From contig NW_003314672.1 of the NCBI RefSeq assembly GCF_000143415.4, positions 1 through 7,095 on the forward strand: a stretch of DNA of 7,095 nucleotides, given 5' to 3'. The notes beneath the pieces are model-generated. The model did no database searches, had not been told where the DNA came from, and saw only the letters and a program-made list of their open reading frames with translations. The translations under genes were made by a program, and so were the position numbers. The stretch comes from Selaginella moellendorffii. Lineage: Eukaryota; Plantae; Lycopodiophyta. Of the stretch, positions 1 to 6,168 are shown piece by piece (the stretch's first letter is position 1; each line of letters opens with the position of its first letter).

Positions 1-779
1 TTTCGGCTCCACTTTAGGGCCTGTCTCACATTAGCCTTTCCGGAAGCCTAATATTATTTAAACTCAAGGACATTTAACCCTAAATATTTTAATACTATTA
101 ACCAATTAAAAAAAAGGATGCACTTTTATTCATAGACCTTTTCTTTTTATATTTGAACCTGATCAATTATCTTTCAAGTTGTTCTTATTAATTGCTTACA
201 TACCTTTGTTATTAAGTGGAATGCAATCTCCAAGATTTAACATCTATACTACTATAGCCTTAAAAGAAAGCAATGGTGAAAGTGATAGTACTTGATAAAC
301 TAAAAGTGGAGTGACTCATAGTTATACTTTAACATTCCTTTATAGCTTAGCATGGTAAAGCACATGATTCTATTATCACTCTAAACCTTAAGAATTCTAC
401 TTTTATCCATGCCCAATATAGAAGCATTTGTCTGGCATTAGATGCAATCTAATGGTAGTGAAGCCCATCCATTACCTCCACGACTATCCTTTCAAGCTGG
501 GTGAACGTGTTATAGCCTCTTGGTCTTCTAACAAAATTGCAACCTCTCTATAGAACACCATAACAACCTCTCCATAGCATTATATTCTCACCTCTTGTTC
601 TTGTTGGGCATGGCAAAAGAACCAAATTGCACATTATCACTCTTGAATGGCTTGAAATTCTGCCCATGACATCGGCCATTGCTATGGGCATGAAGCCCCA
701 TCCCTGGCATACAGTTCGTGAAATATCCAATGCTTGTGTTTTTCTCATACTACTATTCTATATGTACCAATAAGACACC

Positions 780-980
780 GACACGTGTCCTCTAAATGTC
801 TTTTCTACCCTTTTTTTCTAGTGCACGCCATATTGTCTTGAAGTAACAAAAGTGACAAACCACCAGAGATCTGCAAAAGCCTATCGAACGCATCCGCCCA
901 CCAAACCTTTTGTTCTGTGAGTTGATGAAAAGAAGTTACGACCTTCTCCCTGCCATAGCATTAAAAGTTACACATGCATG
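780..980 (+). promoter_or_regulatory. Candidate cis-elements upstream of BAHD-A: palindromic G-box/ABRE GACACGTGTC (780-789), AC/MYB-like ACCAAAC (900-906) and RY motif CATGCATG (973-980)
   Basis: Motif matches only. The G-box and RY motif are also present at 6338-6347 and 6531-6538. Confidence 0.35.
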
Positions 981-1056
981 CGAACTTTTAGACCAGACAA
1001 GTCCTCTTGTGTGTTTCTAGGCTACTCTCTTCAAATCATGCGCTAGAAGAACAATC

Positions 1057-2469
1057 ATGTCCAATGTGGTTCATATAGCCTCCGTCTGCACGATCGTCCC
1101 AGCGATTCCAACGCGCCAGCCTTGTACTCTCTGGCTTTGCAACTCTCAGATCCAGCTCCTGTCCGAGAACTATCTCAAGCAAGTCTACTATTTCCCAGAA
1201 GCAGTGGATTCGTCACCAGGCTCCTTCGATCGATTGGTGACGAGCTTAAAAGTATCCTTGTCTCAGGTTCTCGTTCCATACTACCCAATAGCGGGGAGGC
1301 CCCGGATCGCCGGTCTCGACCGCCCGGTTCTCGAGTGCAACAACCAAGGCGTCGAATTTGTGGTGGCATTTGCCAATGCGAGCTTCCACGACTGGGGCGA
1401 TTCCATGAAGCACTGCTCAATCGAGCATGAGCTCAACCAGGCACAGACCGAGATCACGGATCACGAGAACTTCCCACAGCTCAAAGTCCAGGCAAGTCCG
1501 GAGACTTTACGTTGACCTGTTCTGACCGTGTTTGCAGGTCACCAAGTTCCGGTGTGGCGGGATCGCCCTCGGCCTCGTCACCACCCACATTGTCACCGAC
1601 GGCTCGTCCATCTTTGCGTTCTTCAAGGCCTGGTCGGATATCCATCAGGGATTGCCACCGCCGAATCCACCGCCATCATTCGACTCCAGCATCCTCAGGG
1701 CCCGAGATCCCCCCAGCATCAAGATGCCCATCCGGGACTACGTCGCGGTGGCACCGTCCCTGGCCCAGGATCACACTGGAAAGTCCGGGGAGGATATCTC
1801 TCCCAAATACCACGTCCGGGAATTCCACATGAGCGAGCTCCAGCTCTCGCATCTCAGGCACGAGATCGCATCCGGCCCGTTCTCCTACGGCAGCTTCCCG
1901 ACATCCTTCGAGGCCGCCGCGGCGCTCGTCTGGAAATCCATCACCGAGGCGCGGGATCTCGTCGACACCGCCATCGCCACATTCGTCTACTCGGGCTCCG
2001 CCAAGGCCGGCAAGAACCGGCGGCATCCCCCAATCCCGGACGAGTACTGCGGCACCTCCGCCATGACCCTCGTCCTCCCGTGTCCGGCGCGCGACCTCAA
2101 GAATAAGCACATCTCCTTGGCCGTTCGCCTCGTCCACGACGACATCCGGGCCATCACCCACGAGCGATTCCAATCCACCATTGACTGGATGGAGCTGGAA
2201 GGAATCGGCGGCCCCGGGCGCAAGGAGATCGCGGTCAACATGAGGGCCGAGATGGCGGTCTACTTCGTTGACCTGGTCACCTTCCCCGTCTACGGCGTTG
2301 ACTTTGGGACCCACTTCTCGCTGGTGCTAGAGCCGTGGTATGGCAACGGGGTGGTGGTGTTTCTTCCCACTGCCCAGGGAGGGACGCGAGAGTGGTCATG
2401 CTCCTCGAGGATGAAATGAAGAGGTTGCTGCAAAGCGAGCTCCTCGCCAAGTTCGCCACCTTGGAATGA
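1057..2469 (+). pseudogene. BAHD acyltransferase-family gene A, two exons (1057-1491, 1538-2419 as read; ancestral stop at 2467-2469); probably degenerating
   Basis: Exon 1 has BAHD N-terminal motifs (SLSQVLVPYYPIAGR, ECNNQGVEFVVA, PQLKVQ). Exon 2 begins VTKFRCGGIALG and has HIVTDG (HXXXD, 1586-1600). DFGWG is reduced to DFG-T (2300-2311), a 12-nt deletion relative to gene B. A frameshift near 2390 moves the homologous tail VVMLLEDEMKRLLQSELLAKFATLE* (cf. gene B AIRLPENQMKKLLEHQFFLKFATPV*) into another frame. Spliced product as read is 438 aa. Confidence 0.85.
1492..1537 (+). other. 46-nt GC-AG spliceosomal intron of BAHD-A
   Basis: CAG|GCAAGT donor, CTGAC branch-like motif at 1522-1526 and TTTGCAG| acceptor. 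Removal joins ...LKVQ to VTKF... in phase 0. Confidence 0.9.
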
Positions 2470-2508
2470 AAGGGATTTGAGGCACGAGAGACTAGAGCAA
2501 GTAAATTG

Positions 2509-2532
2509 GTTTCATCGATCGTTTCATCGATC
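2509..2532. repeat. Perfect 12-bp tandem duplication GTTTCATCGATC x2 in the A/X1 convergent gap
   Basis: Read directly from the sequence. Confidence 0.8.
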
Positions 2533-2609
2533 GGAAGAGAGCAAAACAAAACGCGATCCGAGAGGGAGAGAGAAACGAAGAACGAGGGTCGATCCGTCCG
2601 TGACCATCG

Positions 2610-3121
2610 TCAAGGAGAGTCGGAGGATTTGGTGGCACGAGCGGTGCACATCCTGGCACAAGACAACTTTATGGTGCCTCGGCTCGGCGGGGAAGGCACC
2701 TCCTTTCCCTTGCCGAGCCCTGGCAGCGAGAGCTTGGGCTTGGATCGATGAGCATCGATGCCGGTGGGCGCTCCAGATCTTGGCACCGGTCTCGAAGCCT
2801 GATCAAAGAATTGGATCAAAGAATTGGATGGATCGAAGGGAAAAGAATCTCATTTTCGTTTCATACCTCGGATATGCGAGGGAACCTCCGTGCGAACCAC
2901 GCCGCTGGAAACCACGCCCACGCGATCTGCGTCGCCGTCTCTCGGATCAGACCATAGACCAGCTCCGTGACCGGTCCCTCGATCGTCCCAGTGATCACCC
3001 TGCTGACCGGTCCCTCGATCATCCCCGTGAGCATCTTATCGAGCGGGCCCTCGATCAACCCCGTGAAGCTAAGTTTGATCACCAGCGGCGCTACCATCGA
3101 GATGAGCAGGGACTTGGCCAT
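2610..3121 (-). CDS. Unknown small repeat-containing protein X1, two exons (3121-2867 and 2798-2610), about 147 aa
   Basis: Exon 1 reads MAKSLLISMVAPLVIKLSFTGLIEGPLDKMLTGMIEGPVSRVITGTIEGPVTELVYGLIRETATQIAWAWFPAAWFARRFPRISE and ends at GAG|GTATGA. A 68-nt intron (2866-2799) ends TTTGATCAG|. Exon 2 reads ASRPVPRSGAPTGIDAHRSKPKLSLPGLGKGKEVPSP...DSP*. Peptide sequence, donor and intron phase are conserved in paralog X2. Confidence 0.65.
2957..3088. repeat. Degenerate 12-bp tandem array (11 units, GA-initial, mostly GATC/GACC) with 36-bp higher-order period, coding in X1
   Basis: gaccagctccgt gaccggtccctc gatcgtcccagt gatcaccctgct gaccggtccctc gatcatccccgt gagcatcttatc gagcgggccctc gatcaaccccgt gaagctaagttt gatcaccagcgg. 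Confidence 0.85.
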
Positions 3122-3326
3122 GAGCCCCAGCCCATCGCTCCGCCCGCAAGCTTCCTCCCCTCCAAGAAGAAAAACTAGGGCTGCGAAATGGCCAAGGGGG
3201 AGGGATTCATGATTGCGCTGGATGGTTCATGCTCCACGGTCCTTGTCAGAAGAAGAATTTCTTGCATAGCCAAATATCTTCTTTCTACGCGCTTGTAACG
3301 ATCTTTATCAGTTCATATTGTCAAGT

Positions 3327-3450
3327 TTGGTCAACATAGTCGATGGAAGTCCTAGGTCGTGAGCTCACTTCGAGTGCTTAGATTGACATGGTGGCCTCCA
3401 CAAGATTAGTGTCCATGTCGACTGTCGTGGCGATCTCCAACGGTAGCTAG
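3327..3450 (+). pseudogene. Remnant of a BAHD-B-like 5' end (B'): upstream region plus a 20-codon relic ORF at 3388-3450
   Basis: ttggtcaacata..aggtcgtgagctc..cgagt..gacATGgtggcctcca..agtgtccatgtcgactgtcgt..gcgatctccaac matches 4528-4705 (ttggtcaacata..aggtcgtgagctccgagt..gacATGgtagcgtcca..agtgtccgtgtcgactgtagt..gcgctctccaac). Translation MVASTRLVSMSTVVAISNGS* vs B MVASISSVRSVSVSTVV..ALSN. Confidence 0.75.
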
Positions 3451-3828
3451 GTAAAAGTCAAGTCATTCGTTTCTGTCGTTCGCAGCTATGGCATCTCAAC
3501 AGTGGAAGATATCTTCAAAATCGCGTACTACGGCAGAGGACATGTCTGTAAGAATCCATTCCATAGAAGAAGATGAGAAGAAGCTCAGCTAACAGGGCTG
3601 CAAACCTCGAGGTCAATGCACATTTGCAAGCCGATTTAATGACCAAGAAATTCCAGCTTTTGCCAAGTGTATCGGCGGCTTATAAGAGAATATATATAAA
3701 AATTACTATCATTGTTACTGCTTCCAATTGTTTCACACATAATAATGTTGCTTCATGCTTGATTGAGCGCATAGATCAATCCCAGGACTTTCAAGCAATT
3801 ACATGTTTATAGGCCTAGCTTCAAAGCT

Positions 3829-4271
3829 TTAAAACTTCGAGCTAGAATTCTTTCCCTTGCGGAGCTCCGGCAGCGGGATCTTGGGTTTGGATCGATGACC
3901 ATCGTTGCGGGTGGGAGCGGGCTCTCCAGATCTTGGCACCTAAAGAATTAGATGGTTCGAAGGAAAAGAATCACATTTCCGTTTCATACCTTTGTGATGC
4001 GAGGAAACATCTGTGCGAACCACGCCGCTGTCAGCCACGCCCACAGGATCTGGGCCGCCGTCTCTCGGATCGGGCCATAGACCAGCTCCGTGACCGGTCT
4101 TTGTGATCATCCTGTTGATCGGCCCCTCGATCATCCCTGTGATCGTCCTGTCGACCGGCCCCTCGATCATCCTGGTGATCGGTCCCTCGAACTAAATTTG
4201 ATCACCATCCCCGCCAGCATCGATACGAGCAGGGACTTCGCCAAGAACTTCGTCGCGTCCCCCCAGCCCAT
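3829..4271 (-). pseudogene. Paralog X2 of the unknown repeat protein, two exons (4271-3990 and 3939-3829), with two compensating 1-nt frameshifts and a premature stop
   Basis: ATG at 4271 gives MGWGDATKFLAKSLLVSMLAGMVIKFS. A 1-nt deletion near 4191 leads to TGA at 4169-4167. The shifted frame reads FEGPITRMIEGPVDRTITGMIEGPINRMIT, and an extra base near 4100 restores the frame to PVTELVYGPIRETAAQILWAWLTAAWFAQMFPRITK. Then AAG|GTATGA, a 50-nt intron (3989-3940) ending TTCTTTAG|, and exon 2 VPRSGEPAPTRNDGHRSKPKIPLPELRKGKNSSSKF*. Confidence 0.65.
4080..4211. repeat. Degenerate 12-bp tandem array (11 units, including one 13-mer and one 11-mer) in X2
   Basis: gaccagctccgt gaccggtctttgt gatcatcctgtt gatcggcccctc gatcatccctgt gatcgtcctgtc gaccggcccctc gatcatcctggt gatcggtccctc gaactaaattt gatcaccatccc. 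Confidence 0.85.
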
Positions 4272-4327
4272 CGTTCCGCCCGCGCGTTTGCTCCCTTCCA
4301 AGAAGGAAAACTAGGGCCGTAACCGGC

Positions 4328-4371
4328 AATTTTGTGAAATTCATTTTGTGAAATTTTGTGATATTCATTTT
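4328..4371. repeat. Short AT-rich tandem repeat (ATTTTGTGA x3) between the X2 and BAHD-B starts
   Basis: aattttgtgaaattcattttgtgaaattttgtgatattcatttt. Confidence 0.7.
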
Positions 4372-4609
4372 CCTCAGAAATGGAAAGGAGAAAGATTGCT
4401 ACCCGGTCGAGGGTTTTCTTGTTAAATATTAGAATTCGATCGCCACCTTTGAGTTCCCTCGACCAGTCCAGTGAACGTAAATCGCCAGTCGCCAGTGGAA
4501 GACAAGTCTCGAACGTGGTCAACTTTATTGGTCAACATAAGCGATTGGTTCTAAAGCACGAGGAGCTCGTGGGCAAGGTCGTGAGCTCCGAGTAGATTGG
4601 ATCAACGAC

Positions 4610-6154
4610 ATGGTAGCGTCCATAAGCTCGGTAAGGTCAGTGTCCGTGTCGACTGTAGTTCCCCAGATCCCGACCCGGCAGCCCTGCGTTCTCGCGCTCT
4701 CCAACTTCCAGAGCTACTTTTCGTTTGAGCGCTACATCAAACAAGTGTTCTACTTCTCCGCCCCGGGATCTTCAGCTCTCAAGCAGCACGATGACCAGGA
4801 AGAAGAAGAAGAAGATCAAGAACAGAAGAGCCCTCGGATCGATAACCACGACGAAGAGGAGTTCCAGCGCCTGGTTTGCAGCATGAGAGAGTCTCTGTCG
4901 CGGTTGCTCGTTCCATACTACCCTCTGGCGGGGAGAATGCGGCGGCGAGAGCGGCTAACAACGATCCAGGAGCTCCACTGCAACGACGCGGGCGTCATGG
5001 TGGTGGCCGCGATGGCTAACACAGCCTTGGGCGACGCCCGGCAGTGCCCCATCGAGCACGAGCTCTACCCGGAACCCAGGGTCAGGGATCCCGCCAACGC
5101 GCCGCTGCTAAAAATCCAGGCAAGTAGCTCCGTTGACTCTGTTGACTAAAAGAGTGTTGACTGGCTGTAAGCGTTGACTGGCATTGTGTGTTCACAGGTG
5201 ACAAAGTTCCAGTGTGCCGGGATTGCTGTGGGAGTGCTCACCTGCGAGAACATCCTCGACGCCTCCTCCTCCTTCCCGTTCCTCCGGGCGTGGGGGGAGA
5301 TCCACCGGGGCCTCGCACTGGCGGTGGCTCCATCGTTTGATTCCAGCGTGCTCAAGCCCCGCGATCCTCCGCAGGTCAATCTCCCCGTCCGCGACTACGT
5401 CGTCGCCCCACCGCCAGCAAGCACGGTGGAAGCCATGGCCAAATCCTCCCACGACGCCATCCCCGACCGCCAGAGGCTCTTCCACATCGCCCCCGATCGA
5501 GTCCGCGAGCTCGTTGCCGAGGTCCAGCGCGGGAGATTCTTCTCCTCTCGTGACGAGCCGCCGCCGAGCTCGTTCGAGGCCATCTCCGCCATGATCTGGA
5601 AGTGCGTCGCGGACGTCAAAGACCTGGACGATTCGGAGAGCATGACTTACATCTACGCGCTCTCCACCAAAGGACCCAAGCGCTGGAGCCCCGAGATCCC
5701 GAGCCACTACTGCGGCAGCTCCGCTCACATCCCCTGCCTGGCTGCTCCCGTGGGCGAGATACGCAAGAACCACATCTCCCACGCCGCCAAGCTCCTCCGC
5801 GACGATATCCATTCCGCCACCCAGGAGCGCATCCAGTCCGCCATCGACTGGATGGAGCTCCACCTCCGGGCCGGGATCTTCGTGGACGACAACTTCCCGC
5901 TGCCAAGGTGGTCGGGGAGAGCGATCAACAGCAACAGCCTCACGGCATTCCCGATCTACGAGCTCGACTTTGGATGGGGGAGGCCGCGACACTTCTCCTT
6001 CGTCTTGGATGCCGAGCCGGGCAGTGGAGCCGCCATTCTTCTTCCCACTCGAGATGGCGGACGAGACCGGCATCTGGCGATTCGGCTGCCCGAGAACCAG
6101 ATGAAGAAGTTACTCGAGCACCAGTTCTTCCTCAAGTTCGCCACCCCGGTGTAG
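4610..6154 (+). CDS. BAHD acyltransferase-family protein B, two exons (4610-5119, 5198-6154), 488 aa; catalytic His replaced (ENILD), DFGWG intact
   Basis: SLSRLLVPYYPLAGR, CNDAGV, PLLKIQ|VTKFQCAGIAVG, PSFDSSVL and FPIYELDFGWGRP (DFGWG at 5966-5980). Both exons are uninterrupted and the stop TAG is at 6152-6154. Confidence 0.9.
4799..4813 (+). repeat. (GAA)5 coding microsatellite in an acidic loop of BAHD-B
   Basis: Encodes EEEEE within QHDDQEEEEEDQEQ. Confidence 0.8.
5120..5197 (+). other. 78-nt GC-AG intron of BAHD-B
   Basis: CAG|GCAAGT donor and TTCACAG| acceptor. Same position and phase as in gene A. Confidence 0.9.
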
Positions 6155-6168
6155 CAAACAAGTTGTAG

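Larger units (their letters stand above)
531..1537 (+). repeat. Copy 1 of a recent direct duplication (upstream region, exon 1 and intron of BAHD-A)
   Basis: Matches 6169-7094. The offset is 5638 at the left edge and 5558 after three indels (about 28, 15 and 37 nt). Confidence 0.95.
2690..3450. repeat. Copy 1 of an older local duplication (X gene plus divergent BAHD-B 5' end); copy 2 is at about 3850-4710
   Basis: Colinear shared blocks: tggatcgatga, ctccagatcttggcacc, tttcgtttcatacc, gtgcgaaccacgccgctg, catagaccagctccgtgaccggtc, gagcagggactt, ccccagcccatcg, ccaagaag-aaaactagggc, ttggtcaacata, gtcgtgagctc. Boundaries are approximate. Confidence 0.85.

Noticed and set aside
1-530. AT-rich leader as a transposon remnant, including a single AACCCTAAA
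   Set aside because: No terminal repeats, target-site duplication or coding relic visible. One telomere-like unit is expected by chance.
661-690. TGCCCAT...ATGGGCA inverted repeat as a miRNA or MITE hairpin
   Set aside because: The stem is only 7 bp and does not extend.
548-748. Small ORFs 548-748 (-), 6192-6404 (+), 3573-3812 (+) and 4380-4595 (+)
   Set aside because: The first two are not preserved between the duplicated copies because of frame-breaking indels. All are AT-rich or non-coding-like, with no motifs.
1676-2314. Long antisense and alternate-frame ORFs over BAHD-A exon 2 (likewise 5192-6073 and 5602-6168 over B)
   Set aside because: Typical shadow ORFs of GC-rich coding sequence, with no recognisable motifs.
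2477-3178. 233-aa plus-strand ORF with DRSLDHP repeats and a tail PQPIAPPASFLPSKKKN resembling the end of ORF 4090-4314
   Set aside because: It has a TTG start and is antisense to X1. The paralogous region does not keep this frame. ATG and splice signals support the minus strand. The shared tail is explained by DNA-level duplication.
2967-3212. Plus-strand GPSIVPV/GPSIIPV/GPSINPV repeats resembling cyclic-peptide (orbitide-like) cores
   Set aside because: There is no ATG or leader, and an in-frame TAG lies just upstream in both copies. Best explained as the antisense shadow of the IEGP repeats, though not formally excluded without stranded RNA data.
3443-3590. Possible mini-intron (GT...TTCGCAG at 3485) extending the B' relic into a new short ORF
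   Set aside because: The intron would be only 35-43 nt, and the downstream frames are short with no convincing similarity to BAHD-B.
2957-4211. Repeat arrays as CRISPR-like or iteron elements
   Set aside because: They are contiguous degenerate 12-mers with no unique spacers, in a eukaryotic intron-containing context with no cas genes.
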